A stretch of DNA of 35,567 nucleotides from Candidatus Thalassarchaeaceae archaeon (GCA_030747675.1 JASLKH010000095.1:1-35567), one strand, 5' to 3'. Shown: positions 9,987 to 19,303, counted from the first letter of the stretch. Notes: generated by a model not told the origin, from the letters alone. Made by a program: numbers and translations.

Positions 9987-10346
9987 ATGGGAAAGATAAA
10001 TTTGAAAGAAAAGTTGGATAAATTTTCAGATCATTGGTCGCCCAAGGTGATTGCTGAAATGAATGATTACCAATTCAAATTAGTTAAAATAAAGGGCGAC
10101 TTTGTGTGGCATAATCATACAGATACAGACGAGGTTTTCATCGTGCTTGAAGGCTCAATGAAAATTGAATTTGAGAATGAAACAATTGAGTTGGATGAAG
10201 GTGAAATGTATGTGGTTAGAAAAGGGGTTGAACACAAACCATATGCAGAAAATGAGTGCAAGGTTATGCTCGTAGAGCCACGTGGGGTTGTAAACACCGG
10301 GGACATAAAAGGTAATCTCACAGCATCAAATGATGTATGGGTTTAA
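9987..10346 (+). CDS. Cupin domain protein
   Basis: FVWHNHTDTDEVF and GVEHKP metal-binding cupin motifs. Confidence 0.9.
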   Translation: MGKINLKEKLDKFSDHWSPKVIAEMNDYQFKLVKIKGDFVWHNHTDTDEVFIVLEGSMKIEFENETIELDEGEMYVVRKGVEHKPYAENECKVMLVEPRGVVNTGDIKGNLTASNDVWV

Positions 10347-10404
10347 TCTCCATTAAGCCCATGGTAGGCATTAGAATTATATCTACAATTAAAGTAGAAT
10401 CATT

Positions 10405-10794
10405 ATGCCTGAAGATGAAGGTTCTCCACTTGTAATTGCAGCAAGTCTTCTTTTACTAGTCAGCATCGTTTTTTGGATTGTGGGCTTTTTAATCTCAACA
10501 GGTAATTTAGGGGATTATAACCAAACATCAGGGCCGATGGCTGTCTCAGATGCATGTTGTACAGGATTGTGGGTAATGGGTGTGGGTTTGATTAGTTGCA
10601 GCATCGGTAGTGGATTATTAATTTCAGGAGGTGTGTTCGAGGGGGTAAAAGCAAGCCCAGTAGTTTTACATCAAAATCCAGCAATTCCTAAGGCTACCTC
10701 GATCACTGTAAAACCGGTACTCCCTAAGGCTGTGAAAATTGAGCAATCTACGGATACTTCTACTGAAGAAGAATCGATATTTTTAGAAGATTAA
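10405..10794 (+). CDS. Small hypothetical membrane protein (2 TM)
   Basis: Two hydrophobic segments and an acidic tail; it fills the gap before ribH and overlaps the ribH stop by 4 nt. Confidence 0.6.
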   Translation: MPEDEGSPLVIAASLLLLVSIVFWIVGFLISTGNLGDYNQTSGPMAVSDACCTGLWVMGVGLISCSIGSGLLISGGVFEGVKASPVVLHQNPAIPKATSITVKPVLPKAVKIEQSTDTSTEEESIFLED

Positions 10795-11189
10795 GACATT
10801 GAAGAAATGGCAGCTATTGCTGCTCTCGCGTGCGGCTCTAATCTGGGGCTAATGTGTTCGGTTTCGGCCCCCGGTCCGATGATTCCGAGGCCAACAGGTT
10901 TGTTCCAAGTGAGTTGTAAGTCGATAATACTCTTAATCACAGCCTGGCCCATAGCAAGTCCATGTTGTGTTTGACCTTTTTCGATAATACCAAGGCATGC
11001 GGCACCAGATATATTCTCTCTGGACAATAATCTATCCAGAGCGAGAGGGACTTCCATTGCACCTGGTACCCATACAATCTCAACAATTTCTAACCCTTTC
11101 ATTTTCGCTTCATCAGATGCCCAATCCAACATTTTGGTAACTTCAACTTTGTGAAAAGACCCACAAACAATTGCTATATTCAAAATCAC
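10791..11189 (-). CDS. ribH: 6,7-dimethyl-8-ribityllumazine synthase (archaeal type)
   Basis: VPGAMEVPLA, LGIIEKGQTQH and KPVGLGIIGPG; last gene of the rib operon. Confidence 0.88.
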   Translation of the reverse strand: MILNIAIVCGSFHKVEVTKMLDWASDEAKMKGLEIVEIVWVPGAMEVPLALDRLLSRENISGAACLGIIEKGQTQHGLAMGQAVIKSIIDLQLTWNKPVGLGIIGPGAETEHISPRLEPHARAAIAAISSMS

Positions 11190-11782
11190 ACTTCCTTACT
11201 CGCCATCACACGTTTGACAGTCTCGACAACCGTTTGAGTCATTGCATCTATTTCGATATTTACTGAAGAGCCTGAGGTCTTCGAACCCAAAGTGGTCAAT
11301 CGCAAAGTTTCCGGAATGATGTGGACCTCAAACCCACCTTCTCCGTCGGTTTTCCCAACTGTTAGAGATATACCATCAACAGCGATGTATCCTTTTTCAT
11401 GAATGAATTCTGCAATGTGAAGGGGTGCTATTATCTTGTAATCCTGATTTACAACAGATTTTATTTGAGCGGTAGATATAATGTGGCCAGAGAGAATATG
11501 CCCTCCTAGTTCGTCCCCCATGCGCATTGCCCGTTCCACATTAACATCTGAACCGACATTTAATTCTCCGAGAGTCGTCCTTTTGAGAGTCTCAGGAATG
11601 AGATCAAAAGTAACCTCGTTCTTTATTGATGTAGCTGTGAGACAAACACCATCAATTGAAACCGAACCACCTATTTCCAATCCCTCCTTGGATGGAATTT
11701 CGATACCAAGAGTAGTGATATTCCCTTTTCTTTCGAGGCTCTGTATTCTTCCACGACCTTGCACTATACCAGTGAACATCAT
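11186..11782 (-). CDS. ribC: Riboflavin synthase, bacterial/eukaryotic alpha-chain type
   Basis: MFTGIV N-terminus, SIDGVCLT, VNVERA, AVDGISLTV and IIPETL. Confidence 0.95.
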   Translation of the reverse strand: MMFTGIVQGRGRIQSLERKGNITTLGIEIPSKEGLEIGGSVSIDGVCLTATSIKNEVTFDLIPETLKRTTLGELNVGSDVNVERAMRMGDELGGHILSGHIISTAQIKSVVNQDYKIIAPLHIAEFIHEKGYIAVDGISLTVGKTDGEGGFEVHIIPETLRLTTLGSKTSGSSVNIEIDAMTQTVVETVKRVMASKEV

Positions 11783-12252
11783 TGTTCACCTCCTAAGTTC
11801 CCCATCCTCTTCTGTGCCCATTGGAGTGTCAGAATTTTGTCGATGATCTTTCGAGTGCCATCTAGGTCTTCAGACAATCCCCCTACACGGACTAATTTGA
11901 TATGTTCAAATCCTCTTTCATCAAGCCCAACTCGAATAGCTGCTTCAGCATGTTCTTGGTCGTACCCCAACGCAATGATGTCTGGTTCCACCAATGGTAA
12001 GATTTCATACATTGGCAGTGAGGGTGGATTCCCAATAATTGCATGGTCAACGGGCTTTAGCCCCGCCACCATTCTTTTTCTCAAGTCATGACTTGTTACC
12101 GGTTCGTGTTTTCGCATTCGAACTGTGTCATCGTGCGCCACAACAACGGTCAGATGCTCTCCGAGTTTTTTTGCTTCTTCTAGGTAATGCAAATGCCCAG
12201 CGTGCAATAAATCAAAAACACCAACAGCCATTATTCGAGCCATGTGGTTCAC
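11779..12252 (-). CDS. ribL: Archaeal FAD synthase (cytidylyltransferase family)
   Basis: GVFDLLHAGH (HxGH), VVVAHD and ALGYDQ; located in the rib operon. Confidence 0.85.
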   Translation of the reverse strand: MNHMARIMAVGVFDLLHAGHLHYLEEAKKLGEHLTVVVAHDDTVRMRKHEPVTSHDLRKRMVAGLKPVDHAIIGNPPSLPMYEILPLVEPDIIALGYDQEHAEAAIRVGLDERGFEHIKLVRVGGLSEDLDGTRKIIDKILTLQWAQKRMGNLGGEQ

Positions 12253-12959
12253 TCCAACTCCATAGCATTCATTATGTCGTCGCCAGTTAGCATTGGGATA
12301 TTATTTTTCTTTGCATAAGCACGTGCATCTTCGACAGATAAGGCCCTGTCGCCATTTGGTTGCAACATTTCTGCACCGATGGTGCAAGGTGCTAGTCCGG
12401 CAAGTCTTGCAATTGCAACAGCCAGTTCGGTATGCCCTTGTCGTGATGATAGTCCCCCTGGGGATTCTCTGCATAGGGGAATGTGCCCCGGCGTTCTGAA
12501 TTCTTCCCCTAGGGCAATAATTGCCAACCCTGAATCTTTTCCTAGCATTTCTCCGGCTAATTCTCCGAACCTGCGCGTAGTCAGTGCTCGATCATGATCG
12601 GTAATTCCAGTGTACGTGTCCCTATGATTCAAGGAAAGCGTGAATGCAGATTTTGAATCATATTGCAAATCGTTGGTAATAAGTGCTCCAAGTACAGGGT
12701 TTTCTTTTACCAGAGCTGGGTGTGTGTGAATATCCTGTAACCAAGGTAAGCCAAATTTTTCTCCTATATCATTTCCAATTGCAAGAAAAAGAAGTCCTCC
12801 ACAATCTTGCCTCAAGCGTCGCATAATAGCTGGTGTGGCTGCTGCCGCAGGCCATAATAAATCAGTTTCACATTCTCGGAAATCCGAATCAAAAACCATC
12901 ACTGGATCTCCACGAGAAAAAGCCTCAATGGCAAGAGATAGTTGCTCAGAAGGTCGCAT
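12249..12959 (-). CDS. ribB: 3,4-dihydroxy-2-butanone 4-phosphate synthase (archaeal type)
   Basis: DSDFRECETD, TGITDHDRALT, FRTPGH, RQGHTE and AEML. Likely start ATG 12959. Confidence 0.93.
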   Translation of the reverse strand: MRPSEQLSLAIEAFSRGDPVMVFDSDFRECETDLLWPAAAATPAIMRRLRQDCGGLLFLAIGNDIGEKFGLPWLQDIHTHPALVKENPVLGALITNDLQYDSKSAFTLSLNHRDTYTGITDHDRALTTRRFGELAGEMLGKDSGLAIIALGEEFRTPGHIPLCRESPGGLSSRQGHTELAVAIARLAGLAPCTIGAEMLQPNGDRALSVEDARAYAKKNNIPMLTGDDIMNAMELE

Positions 12960-13146
12960 ATTGCTCACTCTGCCTCAACCCCCGGAGGGGCTTTTGAACC
13001 CCGTTCTTTTCGGTAATTGATGGTCGGTTGTATTACTACGTTTCACTCTCTAAATCGGGGGCGATATGCCCCCTCTTTATTGTTCAATGAGGTTTTCCAA
13101 TATGCCCGAAAATTGAAGCCATGTGGCCGCTCGTAGTTATTTGAAT

Positions 13147-15078
13147 ATGCCACGTCGTAGCCAAGTTCACCCGATAATAGTGCTCCTAATGTTCTGTTTG
13201 AGCAGCATTCCTGCTTCAGCGGACACCGGCGACACCTTGCCTGCGTTTGATGAAGTTACAATTGGTTCTGGTTTCGAATTTATTGATTCAGGTCCAACGA
13301 CCATTTGGTCGTCATATGGCCCAGGTGTGGCGTGGGGAGATTATGATGAGGATGGTGATCAGGATGTGTTTATTACAGCACGATTCGATCATTTAGGTCA
13401 AGAAACTGCAGAATTGTTGGGGTATTCACACTTTTCTGAGATTCCATCCAATTCTTCTGATTTTATTGCATTGGATGAGAATGCAACAGGCACAACTCAC
13501 TTGATGAGAAATAATGGTGATGGGACTTTCACAGATGTTTCGGAAAGCAGCGGTATTTCAACTGATAACTCAACAACACTTGGTGCTACATGGGCCGATT
13601 ATGATGGTGATGGTGATGTTGATTTGTATCTGTCAAATTATGGACATGCAGACTTAGAAAATCCCTATGGCACCGGTGCTGCCAATCAGATGTACAGAAA
13701 TGTGAATGGAACATTCGTTGATGTTACGATTGAATCTAATCTTGGCAACCCTGGTCATTCCTCAGCATCGGTTTGGGCAGATTATGATCACGATGGAGAT
13801 TTAGATTGTTATTCAATGAATTTCGGAATGATTGATGAATATACTAATCAAGCTAGAACAGAGAGTAATATCTTGTATCGAAATGAGGGCGATTCAAATG
13901 GTGATGGAATTCCCGAATTCAGTGACGAAACGAAAGAGGCTGGCGGAGTATATGGTCAAAAAGAATCTGCAGGGGCTGATTTCGAGACGTTTATCGGTCC
14001 AGCATTAACAATTCAATTAACCGGCCCCGTGAATCCAAGCGCCCAGATGTCATTCCCTGCAGGAATACGAGAAGAACCCACAGGGTCGGGAATGTCATGG
14101 GCTGCTGTTTGGTTCGATGCTGATGGAGATGGTTGGGAAGATTTGTATATTGCAAGTGATTTTGGTACTTCACCATTGTATCGTAATAATCAGGATGGAA
14201 GTTTTGAAATTGTTACAGCAGAATCTGGTTTGAATAAGCAAGGGACAGGAATGGGTGCACATGCCGCTGATATTGATAATGATGGTGATTTAGACCTATG
14301 CCAATCGAATTTCGGGCCGAATTTTTTATGGAATAATATGGGTGATGGCACTTTTTCAGAGGATTCTGAGATCTTAGGTTTACACACTAACACATTGGTG
14401 AATTGGGATTGTCATTTCTTTGATTTTGATTTGGATGGAGACCTGGATTTGTGGTTTGGTGTTGGCCGAATTAATCTTTACATTTCTAGCCAGTATAATT
14501 CCCTTTACCGAAATGATGGAGATACCAATGGTGATGGCTACATTGAATTCACAGATGTAGCTGCAGAGATTGGTTTGTCTGAAGATGACAAAACTATGGG
14601 TGTTGCTCTTGCTGATTATGACAATGATGGCGATTTAGATTTGTTACTCGCTCATGCCGACCGTTCTCCCCGTTTGTGGAGAAATAACGCTGTTGAATCC
14701 GGGGGTGGACAATGGATCAAAGTCCAATTGCATGGTGCTGGAGCATCATTGGGTGGCTCCAACTCGAATGGAGTAGGTTGTTTAGTCACTATTACTTTGG
14801 AAGATGGAAGTATATTGAATCAGCACGCGTATGCAGGTGATGGTTTCCTCGGTAATGGGGATCCTAGCGTATTTTTTGGTCTAGGAAATCAAAGTATATC
14901 TGAAATCTCAGTGACATGGTCGACTGGACACATCCAGTCACTTTCGAATATTACTGAGAATTCAGTTATTGACATTTTCGAGATTGTTCCTGATGAGCCA
15001 TCTTCGAATAATTTCTCAATGTTCTTCAATATCATTATGGTACTGTCAGTTGCCTTTTTGCTATACAATCGCCTGTGA
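13147..15078 (+). CDS. CRTAC1-family surface protein: seven FG-GAP-like repeats, ASPIC/UnbV domain, C-terminal TM anchor
   Basis: Signal peptide; seven DxDxDGDxD repeats (e.g. GDYDEDGDQDVF, ADYDNDGDLDLL); SNSNGVG...FFGLG...VTWSTG; hydrophobic C-terminus. Likely start ATG 13147. Confidence 0.9.
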   Translation: MPRRSQVHPIIVLLMFCLSSIPASADTGDTLPAFDEVTIGSGFEFIDSGPTTIWSSYGPGVAWGDYDEDGDQDVFITARFDHLGQETAELLGYSHFSEIPSNSSDFIALDENATGTTHLMRNNGDGTFTDVSESSGISTDNSTTLGATWADYDGDGDVDLYLSNYGHADLENPYGTGAANQMYRNVNGTFVDVTIESNLGNPGHSSASVWADYDHDGDLDCYSMNFGMIDEYTNQARTESNILYRNEGDSNGDGIPEFSDETKEAGGVYGQKESAGADFETFIGPALTIQLTGPVNPSAQMSFPAGIREEPTGSGMSWAAVWFDADGDGWEDLYIASDFGTSPLYRNNQDGSFEIVTAESGLNKQGTGMGAHAADIDNDGDLDLCQSNFGPNFLWNNMGDGTFSEDSEILGLHTNTLVNWDCHFFDFDLDGDLDLWFGVGRINLYISSQYNSLYRNDGDTNGDGYIEFTDVAAEIGLSEDDKTMGVALADYDNDGDLDLLLAHADRSPRLWRNNAVESGGGQWIKVQLHGAGASLGGSNSNGVGCLVTITLEDGSILNQHAYAGDGFLGNGDPSVFFGLGNQSISEISVTWSTGHIQSLSNITENSVIDIFEIVPDEPSSNNFSMFFNIIMVLSVAFLLYNRL

Positions 15079-16947
15079 TTATTCTTCTTCATCGGAGAAG
15101 GTTTTGCTTCCAATCCAAGTCATAGTTAGTAGGCCTCCAACACCAATTATAATCAAGCCCAAAATGAGAGATGATATTTCAACTGATTCTTCTGTTTCCG
15201 TTTCAGATATTTCTAGGTTCAAATGTTGGCACTCCATTTTTGAGACATCATGCTCGGCGAAGAATACATCACACTGAATGTTCTCAATTTCAGTATTCCG
15301 AAGAATGATATCAGCCAAACTTGTTGTTTTCAACTCAATTCGAACATCATCGAGTTCGATATCATTCTCATAGTATAGCGGATCACCATCCCTTAATCTT
15401 AGGAATTGGTCCCGAATAAGAGCATCCATGGTTTCACCAATAGCAGAATCCACTAAATGGTCTTCTGCTAGCATTCCAATAAGTGGGTCGATGTGACCAG
15501 GGTCATCGTTTCCATAGGCATTTGAAAGGCGATTGAATATTTCTGAATTACTAGTGATATTGGAGAAATTTGTGATATCTTCTAAGCCAAGATGTTCACG
15601 TATTGTGCCATAGTCAGCCAAACCATGGTCACGCCCTCGTTGGATGTCTATTGCACAAAGATCAGTTCCTCCAGCACCTGGGATTCCGAATAATTGATTA
15701 CGTAAATTATCACCATAATACACATCATTAGCGGGTTGTGTACTCATCGCCATACCTCGAATCAGAGGAGATATTCCTCCTTGCTCTGTAATGGGCTTAG
15801 TGGTCCAAAAACCTTCAGCTAAAGTCATGTGGCCAGCCGGAGTTCGATCCTCATTCGCTCGTAGAAATGTGTCCCCAATTTGACTATGACCCATTCTAAA
15901 ACCAACAGTTGCAAATGCATTTGTCACAGTTGAATTAATACTCGCATTATATTCAGAATAGGGTTCCAAAGTCACTCCTAAACTGGGCAAGAATTCTTCG
16001 TAGGTAATTGCTTGAATCTGTGCGGCAATTAGTTTTCTAGCACGTTGGTATATTTGTTCATCACTCCAGCCGGGGTTTCTTTCCCCGATTTCTTCAGCTA
16101 ATCGGTTATGCTCGCGTAAGAACAGTACATGAATGGCCATGAGGGCTATGTGTTCGTTCGCTCTTGAGTCACCAGCAACAAACCGGACATCTGCGCTAAA
16201 TCCAGCAAAAGACATTCCTGGTGCAGATGAATCATCACTATCGGCAATCGGAAGTAAATCCCCTTCCTCCCAATCACTTACTTTCATTTTACCATCTGAG
16301 AAAGTTCGAAGCCAATCAGAGCGGTTTTGATCTGACCCATATACTACACTTCCATCAATCCATGTTGTAATTGAATTGGGGTGCTCTCGGCCGATAACTG
16401 TTCCATTTTCATTGGTTTGGTTCTCATATAGCGACCGGAATACAAGTAATTTTCCAGGGGAGGGAAACTCCAGGTCGTCTTCAGGAATGTCGATATCAGC
16501 ATGTTCTGGAATTCCTGCTTCCCCAACACGACCGTTTTGGGTGAGGGTGAAATCGATTTCATGTGTGATAAATTGCCCCCAAAGCCAGTTGAAATCAGAC
16601 AAACCCCTTTCATCTGAAATGAATTGCTTCTCATCACAAATTTCATTGCTAATCATACGTGGATTTGGGAGGTCCGATAATCCCATCCAATTTGCTCCTT
16701 GATCATGTGTCGCTGGCGCAAGTCTCCCAAGTAAACTCCCCGCCGAACCTCGCATAGGTTCAGATTCGATTAAACCAATCCCATCCACAGGATATTTTGA
16801 TTCAGGAATTGTTTCACCAGCGACATACGTATCTGTAGTTTCAGCCTTAACAATGGCTGAAGCACTGGCAGGAGATATAATGATGAAAACCATGGCTATT
16901 GCTCCAAAGAGCGATATTGGGAACCCGGCAACACTCACTCTTCGCAT
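15079..16947 (-). CDS. Heme peroxidase of the peroxidase-cyclooxygenase (animal-type) superfamily, secreted, C-terminally membrane-anchored
   Basis: WGQFITHE (distal Gln/His), TTWIDGSVVYGS, GDSRANE (distal Arg/Glu), LREHNRLA, FRMGHSQ (proximal His) and IQRGRDHGL. Likely start ATG 16947. Confidence 0.92.
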   Translation of the reverse strand: MRRVSVAGFPISLFGAIAMVFIIISPASASAIVKAETTDTYVAGETIPESKYPVDGIGLIESEPMRGSAGSLLGRLAPATHDQGANWMGLSDLPNPRMISNEICDEKQFISDERGLSDFNWLWGQFITHEIDFTLTQNGRVGEAGIPEHADIDIPEDDLEFPSPGKLLVFRSLYENQTNENGTVIGREHPNSITTWIDGSVVYGSDQNRSDWLRTFSDGKMKVSDWEEGDLLPIADSDDSSAPGMSFAGFSADVRFVAGDSRANEHIALMAIHVLFLREHNRLAEEIGERNPGWSDEQIYQRARKLIAAQIQAITYEEFLPSLGVTLEPYSEYNASINSTVTNAFATVGFRMGHSQIGDTFLRANEDRTPAGHMTLAEGFWTTKPITEQGGISPLIRGMAMSTQPANDVYYGDNLRNQLFGIPGAGGTDLCAIDIQRGRDHGLADYGTIREHLGLEDITNFSNITSNSEIFNRLSNAYGNDDPGHIDPLIGMLAEDHLVDSAIGETMDALIRDQFLRLRDGDPLYYENDIELDDVRIELKTTSLADIILRNTEIENIQCDVFFAEHDVSKMECQHLNLEISETETEESVEISSLILGLIIIGVGGLLTMTWIGSKTFSDEEE

Positions 16948-17113
16948 CAATAGGACCTGATTGTGATTCACAAATAAATGGTTAGTTCGTTTCCATAGAT
17001 TCAAGGCGAATGAGTGTTACACAACTTGTGCTCCAGCAGAGAAATGGTCAGAGTCCACACTCAAACCCTTTTCAAAGTGAGAGCGTTTCGGCCGGAAGGC
17101 CGGAGGGACATAT

Positions 17114-18283
17114 ATGCCATTGAAACTAGGACCTGCCGGAGTTCCCCTTTCATGTAAAGGGCGAACAATTGTTGAAGGAATGGATGATATCACGGCTCTA
17201 GGGTTAGAAACCATGGAGATTCAAACTGTCCGTACAGTTGCTCCACATCACTTTGACCAATATTGGCAGGCAGGGATACTTTCTTGGAAAACAGATTTCG
17301 AAATGAACCTCCATGGTCCGTATTATGCTGAATTACTTGGAGATCGTCGAGAATTAAACAGAACTCTTTCAAAAATGGAAGCAAGTTTACAGGCGGCGAA
17401 GGTCATTAATGCAAGACACATCACATATCATGTGGGTCCATATGGTGATTTTAGTCGAGGAAAAGATGCTAATGAACACGTTGCCAATGTAATGGCAGGA
17501 GTTGTTGATCGTTGTGCCCAAATTTGGAACAACAAGGATGAGGAGGAAGATTATGCAGCCTTCCCCTGGGTTTTGGAGAACAGCCCTACTCTGATTGGTG
17601 TTGAAACCAGTGGGCGTCAGGAACTCTGGGGTTCATTGGAAGAGGTATTGGAAGTTACTAATCATGTTGAAGGAACAGTTCCAGTATTGAATCTTGCACA
17701 CATTCATGCACGGGGACATGGGCGACTACGAACGTCCGAGGATTTTGGTGAATTATTTGATCAAGTTCGTGAAACAATTGGTGGGAAGACATTCTATTGC
17801 CACTTCAGTGGCATTGAACATCGAATGGGTAACGCATTACATTATACTCAGATAAAGAAATCAGATTTGAAATTTGAACCATTAGCTGAATTCCTTGCTG
17901 AAGACGGAGACTGGTTAGATATCACCATGATTTCAGATTCACCTTTGTTAGAACATGATGCAATGTTCATGCTCCAGCAATGCGAGCGTGCAAAACACCG
18001 ACTATTCGAGAAGCGTGCTCGTGATGATCGTCGTAACAAACTTGCAATAGCTCAAGGAATTGATCCTGAGGAGCTCGCGGCACGTGAAGCAGAAGAACGT
18101 GCAAAGCGACTTGCTGCTGAAGGGAAGTCAGAAGAGCCTGCTAAAAAGCCTGAAGCGAAAGTCGAGAAAGTCGAAGAGAAAACTAAGAAAGAAACTGCCA
18201 AATCTACAAAGAAAGCAGCAACTAAGAAGAAGGATGAGCCAATGGATTTCTCCTCTGAAGACGACGACGATGATCTCTTTTGA
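17114..18283 (+). CDS. Endonuclease IV-like (AP endonuclease family 2) TIM-barrel protein with long charged C-terminal tail
   Basis: Metal-ligand motifs LHGPYY, TYHVG, GVETSG, NLAHIHAR and CHFSG..HY. Confidence 0.8.
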   Translation: MPLKLGPAGVPLSCKGRTIVEGMDDITALGLETMEIQTVRTVAPHHFDQYWQAGILSWKTDFEMNLHGPYYAELLGDRRELNRTLSKMEASLQAAKVINARHITYHVGPYGDFSRGKDANEHVANVMAGVVDRCAQIWNNKDEEEDYAAFPWVLENSPTLIGVETSGRQELWGSLEEVLEVTNHVEGTVPVLNLAHIHARGHGRLRTSEDFGELFDQVRETIGGKTFYCHFSGIEHRMGNALHYTQIKKSDLKFEPLAEFLAEDGDWLDITMISDSPLLEHDAMFMLQQCERAKHRLFEKRARDDRRNKLAIAQGIDPEELAAREAEERAKRLAAEGKSEEPAKKPEAKVEKVEEKTKKETAKSTKKAATKKKDEPMDFSSEDDDDDLF

Positions 18284-18342
18284 TTGCTATTGCTTCCTTC
18301 CGAAAGTGTTGATAACACAGGGCCGGTGGCCCGGTCACCCAT

Positions 18343-18418
18343 GCGGTGGTAACTCAGCTGGGAGAGTGCCAGACTGAAGATCTGGAAGTCGCCGGTTCAA
18401 GCCCGGCCCACCGCACCA
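18343..18418 (+). tRNA. tRNA-Phe (GAA), intronless, CCA encoded
   Basis: Acceptor stem GCGGTGG/CCACCGC; anticodon arm CCAGA-CTGAAGA-TCTGG (GAA at 18376-18378); T-loop GGTTCAA; discriminator A followed by CCA. Confidence 0.98.
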
Positions 18419-19303
18419 TCATTCCTTTTTCCCAAAGCGAATGGCAACTGCTAGAATTACCAGAAGCGTGACTGGTAAATTTGCCGCGGGCAAAATATTC
18501 GAGACACTACCTGCCTCTTCAGCCGGATGAACTTTGATTCCAGATACTGAAAATTGTTGATTTATAGTTCCTTCACTGTGTATTGAAAAATCACTAGTCA
18601 CAGTTAATTGGAAGTTGAAATGGGCTATTTCGCCATTCAAATTAGAGGGGGATTCAACAATCACATGGATTCTTTCTGGCGGAGCCATACTATCAATTTC
18701 TATCGAAGTAATTGGAAGATAAATTCCCCAATCACTCATTGCTAAATATCCAGAATCAGTAGATATCAAGAATTTATCTCTAGCATTTCCATCATTATAA
18801 ATTTTGAATTCAAGAGTATAATTCTGATTAGTTTCCATTTCAACAATTGGCGTATCAGTCTCCACTCTAAAGCTACTATATTGTGCAATTATAACAAGAA
18901 CACTAACACTTCTGGATTCACATGTTAGACAAGGGACTCCATTGGCAGTAGTTACAGTGGCTGAAATCGTTGCTTGCCGAGCCCCCTCAGGCATTGCAAT
19001 ATCTCCTCGAAAGAGCACTTCAAATGTTACAGAATCACCGGCAGGAACTGTAATTGAATCGGGTGCAGAGTATGCCAAGCCTGAAGCAGTTACTTGAATA
19101 TCAACATCCTCAAGATACACCGTAGGATTTTCAGCAGTGCAGTAGGCAGTAGTGATTCTGGTGGCTTCAGGGTATACATGCATTGGAGATGGTTGTTCGC
19201 AAGTGACATTGACATCGGGATTAAATTGACCTTCTGCTGGAGGTGAAAATTGCACTATGGTTGTAAAGAAGAGCAGTGAAAATAATACAACTGCTATTCG
19301 CAT
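18419..19303 (-). CDS. Secreted surface protein with Ig-like beta domains and C-terminal anchor (resembles the MGII choice-of-anchor T family)
   Basis: Signal peptide, YCTAENP motif, beta-rich body and a C-terminal hydrophobic helix followed by basic residues. The family name is from recall. Confidence 0.65.
   Translation of the reverse strand: MRIAVVLFSLLFFTTIVQFSPPAEGQFNPDVNVTCEQPSPMHVYPEATRITTAYCTAENPTVYLEDVDIQVTASGLAYSAPDSITVPAGDSVTFEVLFRGDIAMPEGARQATISATVTTANGVPCLTCESRSVSVLVIIAQYSSFRVETDTPIVEMETNQNYTLEFKIYNDGNARDKFLISTDSGYLAMSDWGIYLPITSIEIDSMAPPERIHVIVESPSNLNGEIAHFNFQLTVTSDFSIHSEGTINQQFSVSGIKVHPAEEAGSVSNILPAANLPVTLLVILAVAIRFGKKE

Noticed and set aside
12969-13146. FMN riboswitch upstream of ribB
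   Set aside because: Only scattered GTGAAA and CCGAC words occur on the - strand; the conserved RFN core and its pairing are absent.
13300-14660. CRISPR-like or DNA tandem repeats (GATGGTGAT/GATGGAGA-rich)
   Set aside because: These are codons for protein-level DxDGD repeats, degenerate at the DNA level, with no repeat-spacer structure.
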